In this document: positions 41,513 to 50,293 of the stretch, one piece after another
How the letters are laid out: every line of letters starts with the position of its first letter
Numbering within the stretch: the stretch's first letter is position 1
DNA from: an uncultured Acidobacteriota bacterium
GTDB lineage: Bacteria > Acidobacteriota > Thermoanaerobaculia > Multivoradales > SZUA-115
Assembly (NCBI GenBank): GCA_963805975.1
Contig: CAWDVR010000005.1
Span: 654,156-718,155 of the forward strand
DNA: 64,000 nucleotides
Direction: 5' to 3'
Notes under the pieces: generated by a model
What the model saw: only the letters and a program-made list of their open reading frames with translations
Told to the model about the DNA's origin: nothing
The model's database searches: none
Translations under genes and position numbers: made by a program

Positions 41513-41784
41513 GCACCGCGAAGACGAACGAAACGCCGGGCACTGCCTCCGAGGCCCCGGTCTCCGAAACCACGGCCCCGAGCTTCTCCGAGGCGATGGC
41601 CGAGCTCGAATCGATCCTGGCGCGGATCGAGAGCGAGGAGATCGACGTCGACGACCTCGCCCGCGAGCTCTCCCGCGCGAGCCGCCTGCTCGAGATCGCG
41701 CGCGGCAAGATCCGCAAGGCCGAGGTCGAGGTGACGCAGATCGTCCAGGCCCTCGACGCGGAGAAGCCGGACGGCGATAGTTGA
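41509..41784 (+). CDS. xseB: Exodeoxyribonuclease VII small subunit
   Basis: SFSEAMAELESIL..IE; ATGA overlap with xseA. Confidence 0.92.
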   Translation: MSTAKTNETPGTASEAPVSETTAPSFSEAMAELESILARIESEEIDVDDLARELSRASRLLEIARGKIRKAEVEVTQIVQALDAEKPDGDS

Positions 41785-41787
41785 ACC

Positions 41788-41902
41788 TGTCATCCTGAGC
41801 GCAGCGAAGGATCTGGGCGGGGGAAGCGTGCCGACCACCAGATCCTTCGCTGCGCTCAGGATGACAACCGGGCCGCGGATCATGCCTGCGCTCAGGATGA
41901 CA
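41788..41902. repeat. REP-like element: perfect 29-bp inverted repeat plus a partial third copy
   Basis: TGTCATCCTGAGCGCAGCGAAGGATCTGG (41788-41816) / complement at 41838-41866; partial copy 41886-41902. Confidence 0.88.
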
Positions 41903-41925
41903 AGTTGACTTGATCATTCTGCGCC

Positions 41926-41954
41926 TTGCCTCGGCCAACGCCCGTCCGTAGGAT
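41926..41954 (+). promoter_or_regulatory. Candidate sigma-70 promoter, leaderless start of paralog 4
   Basis: TTGCCT-N17-TAGGAT, 6 nt before GTG 41961. Confidence 0.5.
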
Positions 41955-41960
41955 GGGCCG

Positions 41961-44621
41961 GTGCGCGCCTCTCTCCTCCGCGGCCCGCTCACGGGTTTGC
42001 TGCTCGCCGCCTGGGCCGTCTCCGTCAGCGGTGAGACAGCCCCGGTAGCTCCGCCTCCCGGCCCGCCCGTCCGCTACGCCGCCTGGCTCGCCGAAGTGGC
42101 GGTCCTGATCTCGGACGCCGAGCGCCAGACCTTCCTCTCGCTCGGCAAGGACTTCCAGCGCGAGGAGTTCATCCGCCGCTTCTGGCAGGCCCGCGACCCG
42201 TATCCGCAGACGGCGCGCAACGAGCTCCTGGAAGCCTGGAAGGAGCGGGTGGACGCGGCACGGGAACGCTTCGGAGGCCTGGAGGAAGAGCGCGCCCGGA
42301 TGCTCCTCGCGCTGGGGCCGCCGGCGACCTCGGTGCGCGCTTCCTGCTCCGAGGTGCTGCGGCCACTCGAGATCTGGACCTACTCGCGGGGGCGTGACAG
42401 TCGGGACTCCTTCACCCTGGTCTTCGTGGCGCCGACCGGCTCACCGGGCGGGCCGTTCGCGCTCTGGCATCCCGGCCACGGCCTGGCGCCGCTCTTGTCG
42501 CTCACGGCGCAGTCGTTGCTCGGGCCCGCTGGCGCCGACCCGCTCTCGCCGGGCGGTACCGACCGGGGCGGAGCTCCCCTGGCCTCCGGCCGAGCCTCTG
42601 AGCTGGGAGGCTCCGGGCTGGGCGCTCTTGGCGGGGGCGGCGAGCCGGCGCGGGTCTCCACCGCCATCGCCGAGCATTGCAGCCGGGGAGACGACATCCT
42701 GTCCGGCCTGGCGAGCGCGGTCGACGGCAGGCTCCCGGCCGGGGGCGCGATCGAGACCGCGCGCGCTCTCCTGCCGCGGCCGAACGACGAGTGGCTGCGC
42801 ACCTTCGTCGCCTTCTCGACCGACCTGCCCGCCGGCGCCCGGACCTTCGACGCCGAGCTCGCGGTCAGCTTTCCCGGCCGCCAGCAGAGCCGCACCGTGG
42901 TCCAGGGCTTGATCTCGGTGCCGGCGCCCGCGGTGGAGGCGGGAGCGGGCCGCCCCTTCGTGCTCGACGGCGAGGTGCTGCGCGGACAGGAGCTCTTCGA
43001 GCACTTCCGCTACCGGTTCCAGATGGGGCCGTCGGACGCGGTCGCGGGGCGCTGGCCGCTCCTCTTCCAGCGCCTGCTGCGGCCCGGCGAGTACACCTTG
43101 ATCGTCAAGGTCGAGGAGCCGGGCGAGAGCCGCTTCTTCCGCGTCGAGCAGGCGCTCTCGGTACCTGCCGAGCCCACGCCGATTGCCGTGGCAGGTGTGA
43201 CGGCGGGCGCGGAGCCGGTGCTGCCGGGCGCTCCGCCCGCGGACCAGGCGCTTGCCGAGAGGCAAGGTGCGCTCGCGGCCGGCGACACCGCCATCGAGCT
43301 GCTGGCGCCGCCGGCCCGTCTCTTGACCGGCCGCCACCGATTCGAGGCCCTGGCGGTGGGAGCGGCGGTGGCGCGGGTGCGCTTCGAGCTCGACGGCAAG
43401 CCGGTGCTCACCAAGCGCGAGCCGCCGTGGAGCGCCGAGGTGGATCTCGGCCCGGCGCCGCGCATCCGCCGGCTGCGGGCCGTGGCCCTCGACGCAGAAG
43501 CGCGCGAGCTCACCGCGGACGAGCTGGTGGTCAACGCCGGGCCGCACCGCTTCGCCGTACGGCTCCTCGAGCCGCGGCCCGGCGAGCGCTATACGGCGAG
43601 CGTGCCGGCTGCCGCGGTGGTCGAGGTGCCCGAGGGAGAGATCCTCGAGCGCCTGGAGGTGTATCGGGGCGAGACCCTGGTCGCGACCCTCTACCAGCCT
43701 CCTTTCTCGCAGCCGATCCTGCTGCCCGCGGGCGAGGAGACGAGCTACGTACGGGCGGTCGCCTACCTCGCCGACGGCAGCTCGACGGAAGACGCGGTGC
43801 TGATCAACAGCCCCCAGTTCGGCGAGAGCCTGAAGGTGCGCTTCGTCGAGCTCTACACCGCGGTGGTCGATCGCCGCGGGCGGCCGGTCGAGGATCTCGC
43901 CCGCGGCGACTTCCGCGTCTTCGAGAACGGCGCCGAGCAGACCGTGCTGCGTTTCGAGCGGGTCCGCGATCAGCCCATCCACGCCGGGGTGCTGCTCGAC
44001 ACCTCGGCCTCGATGCTCGAGGAGCTCGCGGACGCGGAGGCGGGTGCGCTCGAGTTCTTCGGCTCGGTGCTGACCGCCAGGGACCGCGCGGCGGTGATCA
44101 CCTTCAACGACGGGCCGCGTCTCGCCGTGCGCTTCACCAACGACCCCGAGGTGCTGGCCGGCGGCCTCGCCGGTCTCACCGCCGAGGGCGAGACGGCGCT
44201 CTACGACAGCCTGATCTACGGCCTCTATTACTTCAGCGGCCTCTCCGGCAAGCGGGCGCTGATCCTGCTCTCCGACGGCGAGGACTCCACCAGCCGCTAC
44301 CGTTTCGAAGACGTGGTGGAATACGCTCGCCGCACCGGAGTGGCCATCTATCCGATCGGTATCGGCCTCGCGAGCCGCCAGAACGAGTTTCGCCTGAAGC
44401 TCTCCCGGCTGGCGAAGGAGACCGGCGGCTTGGCCTTCTTCACCGACGGTGGGAGCGGCATCGGCCGTGCCTACCAGGCGATCGCAGCCGAGCTGCGTTC
44501 GCAGTACCTGCTGGCCTACCAGTCGGCGAGCGGCGAGGGCGACGAAGCCTTCCGGGAGGTGGAAGTGAAGATGCGGCAGCCGGCGCTCGACGCCAAGACC
44601 ATCCTCGGTTACTACCCTTGA
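41961..44621 (+). CDS. Secreted GWxTD-like/Ig-like x2/VWA protein, paralog 4
   Basis: WLAEV, FIRRFW..RDPYPQTARNE, DTSAS MIDAS, ends GYYP; Gly-rich insert. Confidence 0.85.
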   Translation: MRASLLRGPLTGLLLAAWAVSVSGETAPVAPPPGPPVRYAAWLAEVAVLISDAERQTFLSLGKDFQREEFIRRFWQARDPYPQTARNELLEAWKERVDAARERFGGLEEERARMLLALGPPATSVRASCSEVLRPLEIWTYSRGRDSRDSFTLVFVAPTGSPGGPFALWHPGHGLAPLLSLTAQSLLGPAGADPLSPGGTDRGGAPLASGRASELGGSGLGALGGGGEPARVSTAIAEHCSRGDDILSGLASAVDGRLPAGGAIETARALLPRPNDEWLRTFVAFSTDLPAGARTFDAELAVSFPGRQQSRTVVQGLISVPAPAVEAGAGRPFVLDGEVLRGQELFEHFRYRFQMGPSDAVAGRWPLLFQRLLRPGEYTLIVKVEEPGESRFFRVEQALSVPAEPTPIAVAGVTAGAEPVLPGAPPADQALAERQGALAAGDTAIELLAPPARLLTGRHRFEALAVGAAVARVRFELDGKPVLTKREPPWSAEVDLGPAPRIRRLRAVALDAEARELTADELVVNAGPHRFAVRLLEPRPGERYTASVPAAAVVEVPEGEILERLEVYRGETLVATLYQPPFSQPILLPAGEETSYVRAVAYLADGSSTEDAVLINSPQFGESLKVRFVELYTAVVDRRGRPVEDLARGDFRVFENGAEQTVLRFERVRDQPIHAGVLLDTSASMLEELADAEAGALEFFGSVLTARDRAAVITFNDGPRLAVRFTNDPEVLAGGLAGLTAEGETALYDSLIYGLYYFSGLSGKRALILLSDGEDSTSRYRFEDVVEYARRTGVAIYPIGIGLASRQNEFRLKLSRLAKETGGLAFFTDGGSGIGRAYQAIAAELRSQYLLAYQSASGEGDEAFREVEVKMRQPALDAKTILGYYP

Positions 44622-45229
44622 ATCCCGGCTCCTCGCTGCCGCGCCTGGTCCTCGCGTCGGGCTCGCCGCGCCGGCGGGAGCTCCTGTCCTCGCTCGGTCT
44701 CGCCTGCACCGTGCGGCCCGTCGACCTCGACGAGACGCCGCATCCCGGCGAGACGGCGAAGGACCTCGTGCGGCGGCTCGCCCGCTCCAAGGCGCGGGCG
44801 CTGGCCGAGCCGGGAGAGCTGGTGCTCGCGGCCGACACGGTGGTGGTGCTCGACGGCGACATCCTCGGCAAGCCGCGGGACGCGGCCGACGCGGCGGCGG
44901 TGCTGGCGCGGCTCGCGGGCCGCGAGCACACCGTGGCGACGGGGGTGGCCCTCTTCGAGCCCGGCGCGAGCCGCGAGGCGGTGACGGTCGAGATCTGCCG
45001 AGTGCAGATGACGCCGATGAACGGGCGCGAGATCGGCTGGTACGTGGCCACCGGCGAGCCGCTCGACAAGGCCGGCAGCTACGCCATCCAGGGCCGCGGC
45101 GCGCTCTTCGTCGAAGCCGTGCACGGCAACTACACCAACGTGGTGGGCCTGCCTCTGCCGGCCACCCGCCGGCTGTTCACGGAGCTGGGGTACGAGCTCC
45201 GGGAGTGGGCGGCTAGTCGCCAACCCTGA
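44618..45229 (+). CDS. maf: Maf family nucleotide pyrophosphatase
   Basis: LASGSPRRRELL, AADTVV, GKP, DKAGSYAIQG, NVVGLP. Confidence 0.95.
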   Translation: MNPGSSLPRLVLASGSPRRRELLSSLGLACTVRPVDLDETPHPGETAKDLVRRLARSKARALAEPGELVLAADTVVVLDGDILGKPRDAADAAAVLARLAGREHTVATGVALFEPGASREAVTVEICRVQMTPMNGREIGWYVATGEPLDKAGSYAIQGRGALFVEAVHGNYTNVVGLPLPATRRLFTELGYELREWAASRQP

Positions 45230-45524
45230 TCGGCTCGCCCAGCTCGCCGAGCGAGAAGTTGGCCATGATCTGGTGGCCGTTGAAGTCGAGCACGCGGATG
45301 TCCTCCTTCTGCTCGAGGTCGCCTGCGATCGAGGCGAAGGAGTGGCTGTAGCGCCGGCGGACGGCGTCGAGCTCCACCTCGTAGGCGATGAACTTGTCGA
45401 TCCCCTTGTAGCGGAGCTTCTCGACCAGCCGCTCGTCGGTGAGCGTGGGGAAGGTCGAAAGCACTAGGATCGGCCCGGTGCCGGTGAAGATCAGATACGC
45501 GCGCGTCGAGGCGTCGAGGCTCAT
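45213..45524 (-). CDS. Conserved hypothetical cytosolic protein
   Basis: AAGGAG RBS; IFTGTGPIL, KGIDKFIAYEV, RVLDFNGH. Confidence 0.75.
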   Translation of the reverse strand: MSLDASTRAYLIFTGTGPILVLSTFPTLTDERLVEKLRYKGIDKFIAYEVELDAVRRRYSHSFASIAGDLEQKEDIRVLDFNGHQIMANFSLGELGEPIRVGD

Positions 45525-45606
45525 GGCTCTCCTTCCGACGAGACGCCCGGAAGCTAACGCCCGCTGCCGAGGCTGTCAAGACGGAGGAGAATGGTAGTGG
45601 TGCATC

Positions 45607-45684
45607 TGGCGTGCCCAGTGCCGTGGGAGCGCAGCGTTACCCGTAGAGGGCGTCGAGCACCGGACCAGGGCACTGGGCACGCCA
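45607..45684. repeat. Perfect 16-bp inverted repeat with a 46-bp spacer
   Basis: TGGCGTGCCCAGTGCC (45607-45622) / GGCACTGGGCACGCCA (45669-45684). Confidence 0.8.
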
Positions 45685-45709
45685 CGAGAACGATGGTCCA
45701 GGGGGCCGC

Positions 45710-46498
45710 TTGAGCCCCCGTCGCGCTGTCCCGGCCGCGCCTCCTCCGGCGGTCGTCCTGGTGCGACCGCAGGAGGAGGGGAACGTCGGGGCCGTGGCAC
45801 GCGCCATGGCCAACATGGGCCTCGACCGGCTGCTGCTGGTGGAGCCTGCCGTGGCGCTCGGCGGAACGGCCCGCGCCCGGGCGGTCAAGGCGAAAGGCAT
45901 CCTCGCCGGCGCCGAGCGGTTCGCCTCGCTCGCCGACGCCGTGCGGCCCTTCCGGCGGGTGGTCGGCACCACGGCCAGCCGCGGGCGCCGGCTGCCGGTC
46001 ACCCCCCTCTCCCCGCGCCAGCTCGCCGCGACGATCGCCGCCGAGCCGGCAGTAGAAACTGCTCTGGTCTTCGGCCCCGAGACCAGCGGCCTGACGCTCG
46101 AGGAGCTGGCCCTCTGCGGCGCCGTGGTACGGGTGCCCACCGCGGCACGGCACCCGACGCTCAACCTGAGCCAGGCGGTGCTGGTGATCTGCTACGAGCT
46201 CTTCCTGGCCCGCCGTCCGGCCACGCCGGAAGCCGGCGCCGAGCCGCCGGCCCCCGTGGATCAGGTGGAGGGCCTCTTCCAGCAGATCGAGCCGCTGCTC
46301 GCCGCCGTGGGCTTTGCACGCGACGAGAGCTTTGGAGGGGTGCTGCGCGATCTGCGGCGGTTGGCAGCGCGAGGCCAGCTCACGGCGCGGGAGGTGGCGA
46401 TCCTGCGCGGCATCTGCCGCCGCACCCAGGCACGACTGAATCGCGGGCCGGCCGGCGATCTGCTGCAGCAACCTCCTCCGCGGACCGGGGTCTGTTGA
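45710..46498 (+). CDS. trmJ: TrmJ/LasT family RNA methyltransferase
   Basis: GNVGAVARAMANMG, VFGPETSGL, LNLSQAV. Confidence 0.88.
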   Translation: MSPRRAVPAAPPPAVVLVRPQEEGNVGAVARAMANMGLDRLLLVEPAVALGGTARARAVKAKGILAGAERFASLADAVRPFRRVVGTTASRGRRLPVTPLSPRQLAATIAAEPAVETALVFGPETSGLTLEELALCGAVVRVPTAARHPTLNLSQAVLVICYELFLARRPATPEAGAEPPAPVDQVEGLFQQIEPLLAAVGFARDESFGGVLRDLRRLAARGQLTAREVAILRGICRRTQARLNRGPAGDLLQQPPPRTGVC

Positions 46499-46648
46499 CC
46501 CGGGGTCCGTGGGCCGTCACATTTCTGCCCCAGGAACCTCGAACTTCTGCCGTCCCCGCGTCGTACATAGAGACATCGGTCTTTTTCACCCCGGGGAATA
46601 AAGGCCGCCCTTTGAGCCTTTCACCATGCAAGAGCAAGAGGAAAGCCG

Positions 46649-47494
46649 ATGGAAGACAGGACCCGCGCCACGCTGAAGAAGAGCCTGCCGCCGTTGGTTC
46701 TGGCCGGTGCGCTGGCCGCGCTGGAGCTCGCCCGGCGCTGGTTCCAGCGCCGCAAGGTGTTCCGGCCGGAGAGCTTCCCCGAAGGCGTGGGCGACCCGCG
46801 CGAGATGGGGCTCGAGGCCGAGGACGAGTGGTTCTCGACCAGCGACGGAGTTCGGCTCCACGGCTGGTGGATGCCGAAGCCGGACGCCGCGGGGACCTTG
46901 CTCTTCTGCCACGGCCACTCGGGAAGCCTGGGCCACCGCGTGGACCTCTTCCGCGAGCTGCTGCGGTTGCCGCTCAACGTCTTCGCCTTCGACTACCGCG
47001 GCTACGGCAGGAGCGGCGGCGCGCCGAGCGAGCAGGGCCTGTTCCGCGACGTTCGGGCCGCTTACGACCACCTGACCTCGCGCCTCGGCGAGGTGGCCGA
47101 GCGCATCGTGCTCTTCGGCCAGTCGCTGGGCGGCGCGGTGGCGATCGACGGCGCGCTGCACCGCCCGGTGGCCGGGCTGGTGGTGCAGTCGAGCTTCGTC
47201 GATCTCAAGGCCATGGCCCGCAACCGCTCCTCGCGGCTGCCGCTCCACTGGATCGCCTCCAACCAGTTCCGCAACCTGGAGAAGGTGCGCCAGCTCCGGG
47301 TGCCGAAGCTCTTCATCCATGGTACGGGAGACTCGACCATCCCCTACGCGCACGGCGAGACGCTCTTCGAGCAGGCATCGCAGCCGAAGCAGCTCTTCGC
47401 GGTGATCGGTGCCGGCCACCACGACGTCCACACCCAGGGCGGCGAGCCCTACTTCCGGCGGCTGTCGAGCTTCGTCTCGAGCTGCCTCGGCTGA
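46649..47494 (+). CDS. Alpha/beta hydrolase
   Basis: CHGHSG, DYRGYG, GQSLGG, HGTGD, GAGHHD. Confidence 0.9.
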   Translation: MEDRTRATLKKSLPPLVLAGALAALELARRWFQRRKVFRPESFPEGVGDPREMGLEAEDEWFSTSDGVRLHGWWMPKPDAAGTLLFCHGHSGSLGHRVDLFRELLRLPLNVFAFDYRGYGRSGGAPSEQGLFRDVRAAYDHLTSRLGEVAERIVLFGQSLGGAVAIDGALHRPVAGLVVQSSFVDLKAMARNRSSRLPLHWIASNQFRNLEKVRQLRVPKLFIHGTGDSTIPYAHGETLFEQASQPKQLFAVIGAGHHDVHTQGGEPYFRRLSSFVSSCLG

Positions 47495-47527
47495 AGGATC
47501 GCTGCCTCGCGGGCTAGACTCCCCGCG

Positions 47528-48271
47528 ATGCTCACCTTCCCCAACGAAGACCCGGCGCGGGTCGCCGGTGATCTCGGCGACGGGCGGATCCACCTCTGGG
47601 TGGCAAGGCTCGACCCACCGGCCGAGCGCGTGGCCCACCTCCTCTCGTTTCTCGATCCAGAGGAAAAAACAAGGGCGGCGCGCTTCCGCTTCGACCTACA
47701 TCGCCGCCGCTTCACCGTGGGCCGCGGCTTCCAGCGCGCCGTCCTCGGCGCCTATCTCGGCCGGGACCCGGCCGCTCTCCGTTACGCCTACGGGTTCAAG
47801 GGCAAGCCCGCGCTCGCCCCGGAGGCCGGCCTGGGGAACCTGCACTTCAACCTCTCCAACTCGGAAGAGCTGGCGATCCTCGGTGTCGTCCGCGGGCGCG
47901 AGATCGGTGTCGACGTGGAGCATCTGCGCCCGCTCTCCGACCTCGAAGAGCTGGCCTCACGGTTTTTCTCGAGCGGCGAGAGCCGGACCTTGCTCGACCT
48001 GCCCGTGGAGCTGCGCGGCGAAGGCTTCTTCAACTGCTGGACGCGCAAGGAGGCCTATCTCAAAGCCGTGGGTGAAGGCATCACCGCGCCCCTCAACCGC
48101 TTCGACGTGACGCTCGTGCCGGGCGAGCCGGCGCGCATGCTCGCCCTCGAGGGCGACGAGCAACGGGCGTCGGCCTGGACCTTCCTCCACCTGCGGCCGG
48201 CCGAGGGCTACCTGGGCGCGGTGGCCATCGAGGACCAGGCGCCGGAGCTCTCGGCCTGGAGCTGGGAGTAG
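47528..48271 (+). CDS. Sfp-type 4'-phosphopantetheinyl transferase
   Basis: GKP, FNLSNS, IGVDVE, FFNCWTRKEAYLKA. Confidence 0.93.
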   Translation: MLTFPNEDPARVAGDLGDGRIHLWVARLDPPAERVAHLLSFLDPEEKTRAARFRFDLHRRRFTVGRGFQRAVLGAYLGRDPAALRYAYGFKGKPALAPEAGLGNLHFNLSNSEELAILGVVRGREIGVDVEHLRPLSDLEELASRFFSSGESRTLLDLPVELRGEGFFNCWTRKEAYLKAVGEGITAPLNRFDVTLVPGEPARMLALEGDEQRASAWTFLHLRPAEGYLGAVAIEDQAPELSAWSWE

Positions 48272-48275
48272 TGGG

Positions 48276-49553
48276 TTGAGGGTCTGCTTTTCGAACCTCG
48301 GTTGCAAGCTGAACCTCGCCGAGGTGGAGCGCATGGCGCGCGAGTTCCGGAGCGCCGGCCACGTGGTGGTGGCGGGGCTCGAAGAGGCCGACCTCCACGT
48401 CGTCAACACCTGCACCGTCACCGGCGAGGCGGCTCGGGCCTCGCGCCAGCTCGCCCGCCGCGGCCGGCGCCTGCAGCCGGGGTTGCGCACCGTGGTGACC
48501 GGCTGCTACGCCACGGCCTCTCCCGCCGAGGCGGCAGAGCTCGAGGGCGTGGACCTCGTGGTGCCGAACACCGAGAAGGAGCGGCTGCTGGCGCTCGTTC
48601 ACGAGGCTTTCGCCACGGATCTCGTACCACTGCCGCCGGTGCTGCCCACTCCCTGTTTCTCGCTGGATCCCGGGCATGCACGGGCGACGGTGAAGATCGG
48701 CGACGGCTGCGACATGCGCTGCGCCTTCTGCATCATCCCGGCGACCCGCGGCCGGCAGCGCAGCCGGCCGCTCGCCGAGGTGGTGGCCGAGGTGGCCGGG
48801 CTCTCGGAGGCCGGCTTCCGCGAGGTGGTGCTCACCGGCGTCCAGATCTCGGACTACGCCGACGGCGAGGCGACGCTCTACGAGCTGGCGTCGGCGGTCC
48901 TCTCCTCGACCGGGGTCGAGCGCCTGCGGCTGACCTCGATCGCGCCCTGGGGCTTCGACGATCGCCTGCTGGGCCTCTTCGCCGACCGCCGCCTCTGCCG
49001 TCACCTGCACCTCTCGCTCCAGAGCGGTTGCACCGCCACTCTCCGCCGCATGCGCCGCCCGTACTCGGCGCCGGCGTTCGCGGCGCTCCAGGCGAGGATC
49101 GAGGACGCGGCACCCGGCATCGCCATCACCACCGACGTGATCGTGGGCTTTCCGGGCGAGAGCGACGAGGAGCACGAGGCGTCGAGGAGGTTCGTCGAGG
49201 CGGCGGGTTTCGCCCGCGTCCACCTCTTCCCGTACTCGCCCCGGCCCGGGACCGCCGCCGCCACGCTGCCGGGCCAGGTTCCCGGCGACGTGAAGCGCCG
49301 CCGCATGGCCGCGCTGCAACAGGTGGCCGCCGGCGCCGAGCGCCGCTTCGCCGAGCGCCACCTCGGCTGGACCGTCGAGGTGCTCTGGGAGACCCGCCAC
49401 GACGGACTCTGGCAGGGCCTGACCGACAATTACCTCCGAGTTTTCACCCCGGCCGAGGGCGAGCTGCGGAACACCATGTCGGCGGTGCGGGTGGTGGGGG
49501 TGCGGGAGGGTGGGGTGGAGGCGAGAATCAGCAGCCCGCATGACTTCATCTAG
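48276..49553 (+). CDS. mtaB: MtaB-like tRNA methylthiotransferase (radical SAM)
   Basis: LGCKLN, NTCTVT, VTGCYA, CDMRCAFC, FPYSPRPGT. Confidence 0.88.
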   Translation: MRVCFSNLGCKLNLAEVERMAREFRSAGHVVVAGLEEADLHVVNTCTVTGEAARASRQLARRGRRLQPGLRTVVTGCYATASPAEAAELEGVDLVVPNTEKERLLALVHEAFATDLVPLPPVLPTPCFSLDPGHARATVKIGDGCDMRCAFCIIPATRGRQRSRPLAEVVAEVAGLSEAGFREVVLTGVQISDYADGEATLYELASAVLSSTGVERLRLTSIAPWGFDDRLLGLFADRRLCRHLHLSLQSGCTATLRRMRRPYSAPAFAALQARIEDAAPGIAITTDVIVGFPGESDEEHEASRRFVEAAGFARVHLFPYSPRPGTAAATLPGQVPGDVKRRRMAALQQVAAGAERRFAERHLGWTVEVLWETRHDGLWQGLTDNYLRVFTPAEGELRNTMSAVRVVGVREGGVEARISSPHDFI

Positions 49554-49984
49554 GGGGTTCTGATCTTGGCCTCGCCCTCCGGCCATACTCGATGGAAGTG
49601 GGCTGGGTTGAGAGTCAGGAGCAGATCAACCTCCTCGATCCTGGCAGCCTGCGCCAGCAGACCGTCGTAGACACTCCCTCCAGAGATGCCGAGATCGGCA
49701 AGGCCCCTCAGGAGCGACGTGTAGTCCGCCGCAGAGAGCGTCACGACGCGGGCGTGTCCGAGAACGTTCGCTTCCAGGAGCTGAAGGGCCTGCTGTGGCG
49801 AGAGGCGGGGGCGCACTGGCAGGCTGCTCAAGACTGAAAAGCACTCGGCGAGAGTGTGAGCGGCGACCAGGAAGTCGAATTCCTTGCCTTTGGCTCGCTC
49901 GAGCCACTGGAAAGAACCTTCGTGCCGGGCGTGCGAAGCTTCCAGAGCGGCGACGAGAACTGAAGTGTCGAACAGAATCTTCAT
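49550..49984 (-). CDS. PIN-domain (VapC-like) toxin
   Basis: FDTSVLVA, LAE, VYDGL, TLNPAHF. Confidence 0.88.
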   Translation of the reverse strand: MKILFDTSVLVAALEASHARHEGSFQWLERAKGKEFDFLVAAHTLAECFSVLSSLPVRPRLSPQQALQLLEANVLGHARVVTLSAADYTSLLRGLADLGISGGSVYDGLLAQAARIEEVDLLLTLNPAHFHRVWPEGEAKIRTP

Positions 49985-50244
49985 TCGGGGAGCAGACCCA
50001 GCACGTGTCGCATGCGCTTTTCGCGGTCTCGTTGGACAGAGTCGGTCAGGTCACCCGTGGGCACTCCCTGGTGCACGAGGACATTTCCCTTCCAGACGAG
50101 GGCTGCCTCCTCGGTCACTGGCTGCAACCGGACACTCCCTTGGTCCTCCACGATCTCGAGCACGTCGCCAGGCTCCAACCCCAACCGCCTGCGAACTCGT
50201 TTGGGGAGGAGCACGCGACCGAACCTGTCTAGAGTTGTTTCCAT
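49981..50244 (-). CDS. AbrB/MazE-family antitoxin
   Basis: TTLDRFGRVLLPKRVRRRLGLEPGD. Confidence 0.9.
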   Translation of the reverse strand: METTLDRFGRVLLPKRVRRRLGLEPGDVLEIVEDQGSVRLQPVTEEAALVWKGNVLVHQGVPTGDLTDSVQRDREKRMRHVLGLLPE

Positions 50245-50257
50245 GGTCGAGCCCTCG

Positions 50258-50293
50258 TTTTTGCCATCGTAGGGTAATTTTTGCCAAAGTCAA
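50258..50293 (-). promoter_or_regulatory. Sigma-70 promoter with repeated operator for the vapBC-like pair
   Basis: TTGACT-N16-TACGAT overlapped by two TGGCAAAAA copies. Confidence 0.65.

Noticed and set aside
40124-41902. xseAB plus the long hairpin as a retron-related module
   Set aside because: No reverse transcriptase; the hairpin belongs to a repeat family also present at 36284
25126-44621. VWA paralogs as DGR targets or a shufflon
   Set aside because: No reverse transcriptase, no adenine-specific TR/VR pair noticed, no adjacent invertase, all in the same orientation
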